DNA of 64,000 bases from Polyangiales bacterium (GTDB taxonomy: Bacteria; Myxococcota_A; Polyangia; Polyangiales; JADJQN01): NCBI GenBank assembly GCA_964202905.1, contig CAXNJO010000004.1, positions 416,001 through 480,000 on the forward strand. The letters are read 5' to 3'. The position numbers and the translations under genes were made by a program. Positions 41,736 to 55,127 of this stretch are shown here, in pieces (the first letter of the stretch is position 1; every line of letters begins with the position of its first letter). Below the pieces are notes generated by a model. It had not been told where the DNA came from. It did not search any database and was given only the letters and a program-made list of their open reading frames with translations.

Positions 41736-42755
41736 TCAACGCGGAGGCGCGGGCCCCACGGGCTCCGCGGCAAGCGCGGCGTCGTGGAAGAGCAACATCT
41801 CGAGCGCGCCCGGCCCTCGGTTGAACGCGTAGCCGTGCGTGCCCGACGCGACGAGCAACTCGTGTGCGGCGCGACGCTCGCGCAGCGCCGCCGAGAAGGC
41901 GCGCGCGGCGGCGAGTCCCGTGTCCCCGTCGCTGCTCACGACGCGGAGCCGCTGCGGGAGCGACGCAGGTCGCGCGGCCGCCGCGTCCACGAGCGCCGTG
42001 AGCACGAGCTCGTCGATCGCGGGTTGCAGCGCACCGACGGCACCGAACGCCTCGGGGTGCGCGAGCCCGGCCTCGAGCGCGAGCCGACCGCCGAGCGACA
42101 CGCCGTCGATGCCGGCTCCCTCGCGCCCACGCGCCGCGGGGAACGCCGCACGCACGGCCTCGAGGAGCGGCCCCGCGAGCCACGCCCCCCACGCGCGCGC
42201 CTGCTCCGAGCCGACGCCGCGGAGCGGCGGCGTGTACGGCGTGACGACGAAGAGCCCGTGAAAGGGGCGCTCCCGCAGCGCCGCGTTCACGACGCCGAGG
42301 CGCGACGGCGTGACGAGCCCACCGAAATTCGCGGTCGTGAGCGCCCCGCGCCTGAGCGCGCCAATCGCCGCGTCGAGCCCGTAGTCGACGCTCCACGCGA
42401 GGCAGCCGCGGCTCGGAGGCAGCGCGGCCTCCCGCGCGCCGTGCAACGCCACGAGGATCGGCCAGCGCTCCCGCGTCGGCAGCGCCCCGCCCGCCCGGCG
42501 CGGCCAGGTCACGAGGACACGCTGCGAGGGCCCGCCCGCGGGGGCCGGCACGTAGAGCACGCGCTGGTGCGTGGACGCGCTACGCGGCTGCGTCGAGGCG
42601 CGCCGCGTCCCCGCGGCGAACGACGCGAGCGCTGCGCCGAGCACGAGCGCGACGCGGGCGGCGGCTCCGGGGGACCACCGGCCGCGACGCGCACGGGGCA
42701 CCGGGTTCGGGCCGCCCGCGCACCGGGCAACGAACGTCCCGCGCACCGCGCTCAT
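41736..42755 (-). CDS. Alpha/beta-hydrolase (esterase-like), probably exported
   Basis: VALHG, nucleophile elbow GVSLGG, downstream Asp (SDGD) and His (GTHG). N-terminal hydrophobic stretch. Confidence 0.75.
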   Translation of the reverse strand: MSAVRGTFVARCAGGPNPVPRARRGRWSPGAAARVALVLGAALASFAAGTRRASTQPRSASTHQRVLYVPAPAGGPSQRVLVTWPRRAGGALPTRERWPILVALHGAREAALPPSRGCLAWSVDYGLDAAIGALRRGALTTANFGGLVTPSRLGVVNAALRERPFHGLFVVTPYTPPLRGVGSEQARAWGAWLAGPLLEAVRAAFPAARGREGAGIDGVSLGGRLALEAGLAHPEAFGAVGALQPAIDELVLTALVDAAAARPASLPQRLRVVSSDGDTGLAAARAFSAALRERRAAHELLVASGTHGYAFNRGPGALEMLLFHDAALAAEPVGPAPPR

Positions 42756-42783
42756 CCGCTCGCTCCCCACGCTCGACGCGGCG

Positions 42784-46147
<3,364 letters not shown>

Positions 46148-46203
46148 GGCGACGGCGGCGTTACCAGAGCGCAGGCGGCACCGCAAGCACCGTGGCGCTC
46201 ACG

Positions 46204-46737
46204 TCACACGTGCCGGCGCACGCCACGCGGGGGATGCGTCGCCGCCGTGACCGTGACCGCGCCCGCGAGCGCCTCGATGAGCGCCGCCCCGCGCGGACCA
46301 ATCGGCGCGATCGTCGCGCGCCGCCCCGCGAGCGCGTCGACCTCGAGGCGCACGAGGAGTCCATCCCGCCCGAGGCTCGGGAGGAAGCGCTCGCCCCACT
46401 CGATCAACACGACGGCATCGTGCCCGACCCGCTCGACGAGCCCCAACTCCACGAGCTCGTCCGCCGAGACGAGCCGGTAGAGGTCCGAATGCACCAGCGG
46501 CACGCGCGCCGGCAGCTCGTGAACGAGCGCGAAGGTCGGCGACGTGACCGGGACCTCGGCGGGGACGCCGAGCGCCCTCGCGACGGCGCGCACGAGGAAG
46601 GTCTTGCCCGCGCCGAGCCCGCCTTCGAGCACGACGAGATCCCCCGGCGCGAGCGCGGCGCCGAGCGCGGCGCCGAGTCGGCGCGTCGCGCGGCGCGTCG
46701 GCAGGGCGATCTCGAGCGGAGCCATCGAAGCCGGCAT
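46204..46737 (-). CDS. tsaE: tRNA threonylcarbamoyladenosine biosynthesis ATPase TsaE
   Basis: LEGGLGAGKT, VTSPTF, HSDLYRL, LIEW. Confidence 0.95.
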   Translation of the reverse strand: MPASMAPLEIALPTRRATRRLGAALGAALAPGDLVVLEGGLGAGKTFLVRAVARALGVPAEVPVTSPTFALVHELPARVPLVHSDLYRLVSADELVELGLVERVGHDAVVLIEWGERFLPSLGRDGLLVRLEVDALAGRRATIAPIGPRGAALIEALAGAVTVTAATHPPRGVRRHV

Positions 46738-46787
46738 CGCTCGGGATTCTACGCGGGTGCGCGGAGCGCGCGTGGCAAGATGCGCGC

Positions 46788-48686
46788 GTGCGTCGTCCGT
46801 CCCCGCGCCGATGGTCGGCCCCGCTGCTGGTCGCCGCGATGTCCGCGCTCACCGCAGGCCCCGCGGCACATGCGCAGGAGGCGCGCAGCCACGACGCGGT
46901 CGTCGTCGCGCCGCCCTCACCTTGCCCGACCCGCTACGCGATCGAGGCCACCCTCGATCCCGGCGCGCACGCCGTGGACGGCACGCTCCGCCTCCACTGG
47001 GTGAACGAGTCGGCCACCCCCGCCTCCGACCTCTGGTTCCACCTTTATCTCAACGCGTTCGCGAGCGACGACACCGTGTTCATGCGCGAGTCGCGCGGAC
47101 AACTCCGTGGCGTGCGCAGCCCTGGACGCGGCGGGATCGACATCCACTCGCTCCGCACGAGCGGCGGCGTCGACCTCCTCGGCGGCGCCCAGCGCGCGCT
47201 CGTCCGCGGCGACGCCACGCAGCTGCGTGTGCCGCTCCCCGCGCCCATCGCCCCCGGAGACGCGCTCGACCTGCTCGTCACCTTCCGCGCGCGCCTCCCG
47301 CCCGTCTTCGCGCGCACGGGCCACGCCCGCGATTTCCACATGATCGCGCAGTGGTTTCCCAAGCTCGCGCGCCACGAGCCCGACGGTCGCTGGGCGAGCT
47401 TCCCCTACCACGGGATGGGCGAGTTCTACGCCGACTTCGCGACCTACGACCTCACGCTCCGCACACCGCGCGGCTGGGTCGTCGGCGCGACCGGCGCGAA
47501 AACGTCAGAGATATCCAAAGGTTCGCTGACCGAGCGCCGCTTCCACGCCGATCGCGTGCACGACGTCGCGTGGGTCGCCTGGCCGCACTTCGTCGAGCAC
47601 ACGCTGCGGCACGAGGGCGTCACGGTGCGCTTCCTCCACCCGCCGGGCCACGAGGCCGTCCTCCCGCGCCACGCTCGGATCGTGCGCGAGGGGCTGACGC
47701 GCTTCGGGCGAGCGTTTGGCCCCTACCCGTACCCGACGCTCACCGTCGTGCTGCCGCCGCGCGGCGCCGAGGGCGCAGCCGGGATGGAGTACCCGACCCT
47801 CATCGTGTCCGGCGGGCCCTGGTTCGACGTGCCGGGCGTGCGCACGCCCTTCCCCGAGGACGTCACCGCGCACGAGCTCGCCCACGAATGGTTCTACGGC
47901 CTCGTCGCCTCGCACGAGGTCCAATGGCCGATGCTCGACGAGGGCCTCACCCAGTGGGCGACGACGCGCCTGCTCACGGATGTCTTCGGAGCTGGGCGAT
48001 CGGCCGTCGCGCTCCCCGGGCTCACGCTCGACGCGTTCGAGTTGCAGCGGTTGCTCGCGTTGCGCGGCCGCCCCACGCCGGCGCCGGGCCAGCCCGCCTA
48101 CGCCTTCGACGACGAAACCTACGGCCGCTCGGTCTACCTGCGGACCGCGCTCGTGCTCGAGACGACGCGTCGTACCTTCGGCGCTGCCCGCTTCGACCGC
48201 GCGATCGGCCACTACGCGCGCGCGCAGCGCTTCCGCCATCCGACGCCCGCAGACCTCTTCGCGAGTTTCGACGGCGTGTTCGGCGCCGGCTTCTCGGCCC
48301 GCATCCTCGAGCCAGCGCTCCTGCGCGGCGAGACCGCGGAGGCCCACCTCGTCCGGCTCGACAGCCGCGCGGACGGCCCGGGCAAGTACGTCACAGAGGT
48401 ACTCGCCGAGCGCGGCGGTGCCCTCGCGCTGCCGTTGACGATCGCGCTGCGCGCCGCGAGCGGCCGCACGCGGCGCATCGCGTGGCCGCCCGGCGCCCCC
48501 CGCCTCCGCGCCAGCTTCACCGCGAGCGAGCCCTACACGGCCGCCCAGCTCGATCCCGACCGGCACAACCTCCTCGACGGCGACGCCCTCGACGGCGCGC
48601 TCTCAATCCAGTCCCGCGCGCGCACCGGCCTCTTCGCGCGCGTCCTCGCCGCGCTTCAACTTCTCGTCACGGCGGTCGGCGCGTGA
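46788..48686 (+). CDS. Secreted M1-family metallo-aminopeptidase
   Basis: Signal peptide ending AHA-Q; GMEYP; HELAHEW with downstream DEG; C-terminal hydrophobic helix. Confidence 0.9.
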   Translation: MRRPSPRRWSAPLLVAAMSALTAGPAAHAQEARSHDAVVVAPPSPCPTRYAIEATLDPGAHAVDGTLRLHWVNESATPASDLWFHLYLNAFASDDTVFMRESRGQLRGVRSPGRGGIDIHSLRTSGGVDLLGGAQRALVRGDATQLRVPLPAPIAPGDALDLLVTFRARLPPVFARTGHARDFHMIAQWFPKLARHEPDGRWASFPYHGMGEFYADFATYDLTLRTPRGWVVGATGAKTSEISKGSLTERRFHADRVHDVAWVAWPHFVEHTLRHEGVTVRFLHPPGHEAVLPRHARIVREGLTRFGRAFGPYPYPTLTVVLPPRGAEGAAGMEYPTLIVSGGPWFDVPGVRTPFPEDVTAHELAHEWFYGLVASHEVQWPMLDEGLTQWATTRLLTDVFGAGRSAVALPGLTLDAFELQRLLALRGRPTPAPGQPAYAFDDETYGRSVYLRTALVLETTRRTFGAARFDRAIGHYARAQRFRHPTPADLFASFDGVFGAGFSARILEPALLRGETAEAHLVRLDSRADGPGKYVTEVLAERGGALALPLTIALRAASGRTRRIAWPPGAPRLRASFTASEPYTAAQLDPDRHNLLDGDALDGALSIQSRARTGLFARVLAALQLLVTAVGA

Positions 48687-49498
48687 TTCGCCCGCGCGAG
48701 CGACTGCGCGGCGCGGCGTCGGCGACGTTCGCCGTCTACCTCGTGCAAGCGCTGCTCGCCATCGCGCCGGCGTGGCCCCTCGCACGCGCCGTCGAACGCG
48801 CCGTGCGCGGCCTCCCCGCGGGGACGTCAGCCCTCGCCGCGCCCGGCGGCCTCTGGCGCATGGAGGCGCTCGCGGCACTTGGGTCGAGTGGACGCGTGTT
48901 CCTCGATGTCGCGTTCGCCGCGCTGCTGCTTGCGCTCGCCCTCGGACCGCTGCTCCAGATGACCTGGCTCGCCGCGCTGCTCCGGCGCCGGCCGCTCCGC
49001 GACGCCCTCGCACAGGGCGCGCGCCACTACCTGCCGGCCTTCGCGATCACCCTCGCGCTCTCACCGCTGCTCCTGCTCGCACTCCTCGCCCTCGTCGCGG
49101 GACCGGCGCTCGCGGGGCACCTGGTCGATGCAACGCCCAGCGACCGATCCCACGATCTCGCCATGCTCGCCGGATGCACCCCCGCGCTGCTCCTCGCGGG
49201 GCTGTGGGCGCTCTGGCATGACCTCGCGCGGGCCTCGCTCGCGCGCGGCGGGCACCCCTTGCCGGCCCTCCTCCGCGGCGCGGTCGCCTGCCTCCAACGC
49301 GACGCGCTCGGCGCCTACGTGCTCTGGCTCGCGCTCGGCAGCGGCCTTGGGATCGCCGCCCAAACGCTTGGCGGGCTGCTCGACACGGGCGGCTCGCTGC
49401 CGAGTCTCGCGGTGTTGCTGCTGACGCAGTCCCTCACCCTCGCGCGGACCGCCGTGCGCGGCCGTTGGCTCGCCGCCGCGCTCGACCGCGTCCGCTGA
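48683..49498 (+). CDS. Polytopic membrane protein, hypothetical
   Basis: GTGA overlap with the peptidase stop. About six hydrophobic segments. Confidence 0.75.
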   Translation: MIRPRERLRGAASATFAVYLVQALLAIAPAWPLARAVERAVRGLPAGTSALAAPGGLWRMEALAALGSSGRVFLDVAFAALLLALALGPLLQMTWLAALLRRRPLRDALAQGARHYLPAFAITLALSPLLLLALLALVAGPALAGHLVDATPSDRSHDLAMLAGCTPALLLAGLWALWHDLARASLARGGHPLPALLRGAVACLQRDALGAYVLWLALGSGLGIAAQTLGGLLDTGGSLPSLAVLLLTQSLTLARTAVRGRWLAAALDRVR

Positions 49499-49767
49499 AG
49501 CGCCGGGCCGTCGACGCCACGGACGATGGCCGGGCAAACGAGGAGCAAGCGGGTGTCCCGGCCCCACAGCCCCCACCGTCGACTGCAACACCACTTTCGC
49601 CATCGCCATTCCAGCACCACGTGCGGCGCGCCTGCCCGCCAAGCCAGCAGAGCGCTCCTGCGATCGGCGGGTCCCTGCACCGACGCGCCCCAGCCGACGG
49701 CGGCAACGCCCGCGCGGACGACGCCTGCGCCGACCCGTGCATCGCTGTCGGGACAACCCTCGGAATC

Positions 49768-50939
49768 ATCGGCATAGGGGCCCGAGGCGATCCCTCAGGA
49801 CCCCTGCCACACCACCGGACAAGCGGGTCCGAATCCGGCGGTTCGAGGCATCGAGGTTACGCGGCGAGCCGAGGGATGCCCAGCCCGTCGAAGTAGCGGA
49901 TGGGGAAGGCGACATGGATCCGCATGGCGGAGTTCTTCCCCCGTCGGCGCGTGTTCGCGAGCCCGCCCGTCAGCACGTCGTGGTTCACGCGGTCGAAGAA
50001 CTTCACCAAGTCCACGTCCACCACGATGCGCCGACCCTCGTTCACGTACCGCTGCGCTTGCACGACCGCGTCGTGGGCGCTGCATCCGGGCCGAAAGCCG
50101 TAGCTGTGCTGCGAGAAGCTCGCGTCGAATCGGGGACCCAACACCTGCAGGATCGCTTGCTGAATGAACCGATCGACGACGGTCGGAATACCAAGCTCGC
50201 GCAGCCCACCGCCGCTCTTCGGGATCGAATGCCGTCTCACCATCGACGGCTGGTACGTGCCCGTGAGCAGTTGCTCACGAAGCCCGAGCCAGTGCGTCTT
50301 CAGGTGCTCCGGCAGTTCATCCACCGTCATCCCGTCGATGCCGGCGCTGCCCTTGTTCTTCCTCACTCGCTTCAACGCCGCCAAGAGGTTCTGGCGTTCG
50401 CATACCAGCTCCATCAAGCCGCTCGTTCCCGAGCGTTCGTCTTCATGCGTCGCCGTCGGCGCTTCCGCGCTCCGCTCAGCTCTCGGGGCTTCACCCCAAC
50501 CCCGCAGCGGGAGCTCGAGTTGCCTCGACATCGGCGGCTCTTTGCCTCCGAGACGCACGCTCGTTTCGCTCTCCTCTCCGCTCGGTCCTTCGCAAGCGTC
50601 GCCGCCGACTACTACGGCCTCGGCTGACTCCTCGCTCCGCGCCTCGCTGCGCGTCGCCCTTTCAGGCACGAGGGGAGATCTCCCCGGGTAAGAACACGAC
50701 CCTTCCCCGCACGGCCGCCCGATTTACGCCGCCTGAGTCTTGGTCATCGGAGCTTCGCGGTTGCTTGCCCGCTCGCCCCACTCGGCGTCGCCTCACATCG
50801 GGTTCTTGCTCATCGGCCCGCGGCTCCGCTCCTCGCTTCCTTCCCGCGGTCGATCGCTCTTCCGCAGTTGCGATTCGCTTCGACTGCGATGACCTGCTTT
50901 CGAGAGGACTTTCACCTCCGAGGTCGCGCCCATGCGCAC
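49768..50939 (-). mobile_element. Group II intron, class IIC, internally deleted (1,172 nt)
   Basis: 5' GTGCG at 50939. TTCTTACCCGGGGAGATCT at the end of domain I. GTCAGCCGAGGCCGTAGTAG at J2/3-DIII. Domain V GAACCGCCGGAT...GTCCGGTGGTGTG (49844-49808) with the CGC triad. Domain VI ends CTATGCCGAT at 49768. Sits directly after a terminator hairpin. Confidence 0.92.
49857..50531 (-). pseudogene. ltrA: Group II intron reverse transcriptase/maturase with in-frame internal deletion
   Basis: RT0-3 motifs (NKGSAGIDG, IPKSGGGLRELGIPTVVDR, SYGFRPG, DVDLVKFFDRVNH) run straight into a C-terminal tail (YFDGLGIPRL). No PQG or YADD motif. Confidence 0.9.
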
Positions 50940-50940
50940 C

Positions 50941-50975
50941 AAACGAAACGGGCGCCCCGTGTTCGGGACGCCCGC
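50941..50975 (-). terminator. Rho-independent terminator of the glt operon and intron target
   Basis: Minus-strand stem GCGGGCGTCCCG-AACA-CGGGGCGCCCGT with two G.U pairs that form only on this strand, followed by TTCGTTT. About 115 nt after the gltG stop. Confidence 0.85.
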
Positions 50976-51090
50976 TCCACCTTCTCAGCCTGCTCGTTCG
51001 ACCGACGCGCGGACCGACCGCCTCACGCGAACCGAGCCTGCATCACGTAGAGTCCCCATGGACCTCGTGACGAAGCCCCGCCTGGGACGG

Positions 51091-53091
51091 TCAGCCTCCC
51101 TCGCCCCCCGTCGCCTGGAGAACGAACGGGTAGTTGACGACGACGATGCCACCGCCCTCGGGAGCCGGGAACGACCAGCGCTGGACGGCACCGGCGATGC
51201 ACGTCTCGACCGGCGGCGAGCCCATGTCCGACTGCGACACCGCAGCCATCTGAACGGCGCCGGTCGGCGAGATGACGAACTGCACGCTCACGCGGCCCTC
51301 GAGGTCGGGACGCTGGTTGAGTTGCTGCTCGTAACAGAAGCGCACCTCGTTGATGTGGCGCTGGATGACGCGGCGGATGACTTCCTTGGAGAGCGACCCG
51401 CGCACGTCCGCGTTGCCGGTACGGATGCGAGGCACCCGCGCACTGCGGCCCGAGAAGCCACCGGCGCCGCGGCCATAACCATTGCCCTCGCCGCCGCCGC
51501 CGCCGTGACCAATCGTGCCTAGGTTGCCGAGGCCGATGGTGCCTTCGCCCGTGCCGCCACCGCCGCGACCCGTACCACGGAGACCCAGGCCACCGAAGCC
51601 AAAGTTCTCGCCGATCTGGTCACCCATGAGCGCCCCAAGCGCGCTCATGGCGTCGTTGCCGAGCGCAGAATCACGGCCGAACGGAGAGGTCGGCGAGTTC
51701 CACGCACCGGTCGACGCGCGAAGCACACCGAGAATACCGGCGGTGCGGGCCTGCTCACGAGCGGCCTCGCGCGCCATGTGCGGGTCTTGGTTGTCCGCGG
51801 GCCCCTCGATGCCGTAACGATTCTTCGTTTTCTTGGCGTCGTTCTTGCCCATCTGGCCCTCGTCACCCTTGTGACGCTTGCCCTTGCCGCCCTCGTCCTG
51901 GTTCTTGTTCTCCTCTTGCAGCCACTCCGGCTGCTCCTCTTCCTGCGTCTCAGGCGGCTCGATCAGATACTTGGCGTACCGAGAATCGGCCGTGAGCAGT
52001 TCGAGGCTGAGCGACGAGCTGCTCGGCGGCATGAAGTACATCAGCAGCAGGAAAGCACCGTGCACGGCGACCGACAGACCCGTCCAGATGTAGGACTTCC
52101 AGTCGATCCCAGAGCCGCTCTTCCCGACGACCTTGCCCGCCTGAACCGGCTTCACGAGGAACGTCAGGCCCTTGTACTGGACCTTCGCCGTCGCACCCGC
52201 AGGCAGCGCGTACTGCTGGGCGCCCGCGAGCCGCCCGCACGGCTGGAGACGACCCTGCGCCGCCATGTCCGCGAACGACATGCTCTGGCCGCCGACGGTC
52301 ACGTCGCCCGTCGCGCCGGCCGGGATGACGACAGCGACCCCGCCCCCCGACTGCACCACGACCGGAAGTCGCGCGGTCCCGAGGAGTTCGCTCCCGATGA
52401 GGTAATCGGTGTCTGGCGACCCCTTCCCCTCCGCCTGCTCGCCAACGACGAAATCACGCGGCGGCGACAGGTGCGCGACGTGCAGGACGCTCGAGTCGCC
52501 CCACATCACGACGACCTCGACCGCCTGCGCGTCGGTCTCGACATCGCCCGACGCGACCGCCGGACCGCTCGCTGCGATGCCGTACCGAATCTCACCCGAC
52601 GCCGCTGCCACGGCCGCGACGGGCACCGGGGCAGCCGGGGCCGCGAACGGATTGGAGAGGCCAGACGGCGGCGCAGCAAACGGATTCGCGAGCGGAGCAG
52701 CGGCCGGCGCAGCAAACGGGTTGGCGAGCGGCGCGGCTGCCAGCTTCTCTGGAGCTGAACCCGCCGCCTCACTCGACTCCACCGCGGCTTCGATTTCCAC
52801 GATGACGCGGGTCCCGCCGAGCGTGACCTCGTCGCCCGTCTGGAGGCGCGTCTTGTTGACCTTCTTCCCGTTGACGAGCGTTCCTGACGACGAGCCGAGA
52901 TCGATGATGAAGATCTCGTCGGCGCCGGTCACCTCGATCACGGCGTGCATGCGCGACACGTTTTCGTCGTCGATGCGCAGGTGGCTGGAAGGCAGCTTCC
53001 CAACCTTGATGATGTCCTGCACCAATCGCTCGGTGCGGATCAGATCTTCGCCCTGGAAGATCTTGAAGGTCATCGGAATCTTCGTGGTCAC
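51091..53091 (-). CDS. gltG: Gliding transducer GltG (PglI): FHA domain, TM helix, Gly-rich linker and TonB-C-like domain
   Basis: GGAGG before GTG 53091. IIKVGKLPSSHLRIDDENVSRMHAVIE...IIDLGS..GT.VNG (FHA). VRFCYEQQL...WSFPAPEGGGIVVVNYPF. Position directly after gltF. Confidence 0.9.
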   Translation of the reverse strand: MTTKIPMTFKIFQGEDLIRTERLVQDIIKVGKLPSSHLRIDDENVSRMHAVIEVTGADEIFIIDLGSSSGTLVNGKKVNKTRLQTGDEVTLGGTRVIVEIEAAVESSEAAGSAPEKLAAAPLANPFAAPAAAPLANPFAAPPSGLSNPFAAPAAPVPVAAVAAASGEIRYGIAASGPAVASGDVETDAQAVEVVVMWGDSSVLHVAHLSPPRDFVVGEQAEGKGSPDTDYLIGSELLGTARLPVVVQSGGGVAVVIPAGATGDVTVGGQSMSFADMAAQGRLQPCGRLAGAQQYALPAGATAKVQYKGLTFLVKPVQAGKVVGKSGSGIDWKSYIWTGLSVAVHGAFLLLMYFMPPSSSSLSLELLTADSRYAKYLIEPPETQEEEQPEWLQEENKNQDEGGKGKRHKGDEGQMGKNDAKKTKNRYGIEGPADNQDPHMAREAAREQARTAGILGVLRASTGAWNSPTSPFGRDSALGNDAMSALGALMGDQIGENFGFGGLGLRGTGRGGGGTGEGTIGLGNLGTIGHGGGGGEGNGYGRGAGGFSGRSARVPRIRTGNADVRGSLSKEVIRRVIQRHINEVRFCYEQQLNQRPDLEGRVSVQFVISPTGAVQMAAVSQSDMGSPPVETCIAGAVQRWSFPAPEGGGIVVVNYPFVLQATGGEGG

Positions 53092-53323
53092 CGTCTGCCT
53101 CCGTCGGGGATACCCGAGCACGCCTCGCGCGCTCCGCTCCACCGGCTTGCACCCTCGATCACGATCCGAACATCATCCCCCCGGCGCCCGGTGCGAGGTA
53201 CGTTCGGCGTGGCAGGAGCCCGCTTACCGGACCGCCTCCTGCGCACTCTCTGACATCCTACTCCCACGGGAGTTCCCGGGGAACGCACGAATTCAAGTCG
53301 ACCCCGACGAGCGAGCGACTTCC

Positions 53324-53581
53324 CTACAGATTCTCCACCGACTTGAGCATCTCCGGAATGAAGTGCTCCCGGATGCGGATGAGCGAGTTGCGCTGGCCGC
53401 GGCGACGCACGTTGAGGAGTTCACCGTCGGGACGCACGAGGTCACCGGTGACGAGGTCGTCCTCGAAGTCGTAGGTCGTTTCGCCGCCACCGCCGCCTGC
53501 CGGCGCATCCTGAGCGCTCGCGCCTGCGGTGGTGAGGAGGGTCAGGGCTGCCAGAACCGAGAACAGCGTGAACTTCTTCAT
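53324..53581 (-). CDS. gltF: Gliding motility protein GltF (CglF)
   Basis: Signal peptide plus YDFEDDLVTGDLVRPDGE...SLIRIREHFIPEMLKSVENL. GGAGG RBS. Lies between the gltE-like and gltG-like genes. Confidence 0.9.
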   Translation of the reverse strand: MKKFTLFSVLAALTLLTTAGASAQDAPAGGGGGETTYDFEDDLVTGDLVRPDGELLNVRRRGQRNSLIRIREHFIPEMLKSVENL

Positions 53582-53669
53582 GACGGGGGCCTCCTGCGTT
53601 CGGCTCTGCCGAGCCTGCGGACTCTAACCGTGCCGCACGCCGCCGGTCAACCGGGGCGCGCAGCTGGCA

Positions 53670-55127
53670 TCAGGGCGTGGCGGGCGCAGCGGGAGCCGGC
53701 GGCGCTCCTTCCGGCGCGGGTGCGGGCGACGCACCGGCCGCGCCCTGCTGCGCCGCCATGCGCTGCTGCATCTCCTGCTGAACCCTTTGCAGTTCCGCCA
53801 TCTCCGCGCGCGTGCTAGCGACGATCTCGATCTGCTGAAGGAAACCAGGGCGGCACTGCGAGGTCGAACGACGGCGACCACGGCGCGCGCGCTCGAGGTT
53901 GCAGCGCCGTGTGACATCGGTGACGGCCTCAGCAAAGCGCGTGTTGCTCCCCGCCTTGGCGACGAAGGCCTCGTACTGCGTCTTGGCCTCGTTGAGGACC
54001 TCCTCCGAACCGCCGCGGTAGTTGTGGCTGATCAACGCGAGGTTGAAGAACGCCTCAGGGCGCGTCCCGTCGACCTCTTTCGCCTTGTTGTACTCAGCCA
54101 CGGACGCGTCGAACTGGTTGAGGCCGCGCAGCGCTGCCCCGAGCCCGAGGTGCGCGTCATAGCTGCGCGGGTCCAGCTCGACGGCCCGCTCGAAGGCGCG
54201 CTTGGCGTCCTCGTAGCCGCGGAAACCGATGACCATCGTTCCGAAGTTCATCCAGGCCTCGAAGTTGCGGGCGTCGAGGTTGGCGGCGCGCTCGAACATC
54301 CGCACCGCTTCGATGATGTTGTTCTTCTTGACGTAGATGAGGCCCCACGTGTTGTAGATCGGTCCGTAATCGCGGTTGATCTGCTGGGCCTGACGGCAGA
54401 CGACGGCGGCGAGATCGAGACGCTGCGCGGCCTCGCTCGGGTTGCGGTCGGACTCCTGGATGTAGAGGAGCGCCATCTCGTTGAACGCGGGCAGGTACTG
54501 CGCGTCGATCGCGAGCGCACGACGCAGGTTGTTGAGCGCGTCACGCACCAGCGCAGGCTGTCCGCTCGAGCGTTGCAGCGCCGCGAGGTTGACGTACCCC
54601 TCGGTGCATTGCGCGTCATCCGCGATGGCGCGGGCGAACGTCTGCATCGCCGCCGCGTCCTGGTTTTGCGAGGTCTGATCGAGGCCAATCATCACGCGCG
54701 CTTTGCAGAACTTGTTGTTCACCGCGAGCGCGCGGTTGTACAGCTCGAGTGCCTTCGTCCGGTCATTGCACTTCGCGTGCGTGAGTCCGGACATATAGAG
54801 GGCCTCGGGGAAGCGTCCGCCCTGCGCCTCGGCAGCGTCGTCGAAGCGCTCGGCGACCGCCGCACAAGCATCCTCGTTCCAGCCACTGCCCTCGTGCTGA
54901 GCGAAGGCCGCGAGGCCATCACGCCAGTAGTTCTGGGCTTCTGCACTCACTGCCTCGCCAGTGGAGGTGCGCGGTGCATCCGGAGGCGCTGCGGTCGAAC
55001 CGCCTCCTGACGTCGATGACACCGCGGCGCCGCCGCAGCCCGTGAGGGCGGCGACGATGGCGGACAACCCGAGGAAGCGTGCGCTGCCGATGTTCATCAT
55101 CGAAGACCTCGCGAGTGCCTTGCCCAT
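53670..55127 (-). CDS. gltE: Gliding TPR lipoprotein GltE (AglT)
   Basis: Start overlaps the upstream stop (TGATG). Lipobox LTG-C; TPRs; gltD-E-F-G synteny. Confidence 0.8.
   Translation of the reverse strand: MGKALARSSMMNIGSARFLGLSAIVAALTGCGGAAVSSTSGGGSTAAPPDAPRTSTGEAVSAEAQNYWRDGLAAFAQHEGSGWNEDACAAVAERFDDAAEAQGGRFPEALYMSGLTHAKCNDRTKALELYNRALAVNNKFCKARVMIGLDQTSQNQDAAAMQTFARAIADDAQCTEGYVNLAALQRSSGQPALVRDALNNLRRALAIDAQYLPAFNEMALLYIQESDRNPSEAAQRLDLAAVVCRQAQQINRDYGPIYNTWGLIYVKKNNIIEAVRMFERAANLDARNFEAWMNFGTMVIGFRGYEDAKRAFERAVELDPRSYDAHLGLGAALRGLNQFDASVAEYNKAKEVDGTRPEAFFNLALISHNYRGGSEEVLNEAKTQYEAFVAKAGSNTRFAEAVTDVTRRCNLERARRGRRRSTSQCRPGFLQQIEIVASTRAEMAELQRVQQEMQQRMAAQQGAAGASPAPAPEGAPPAPAAPATP

Noticed and set aside
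49500..49767. Short ORFs or an ncRNA between the membrane-protein gene and the intron 3' end
   Set aside because: No protein-like translation, RBS or recognisable RNA motif was seen.
49857..50669. RT considered as a retron, DGR or defence RT, for example diversifying the FG-GAP paralogs
   Set aside because: It is embedded in recognisable group IIC intron RNA and lacks YADD. No adenine-specific template/variable repeat pair was seen, and the paralogs are 20 kb away.
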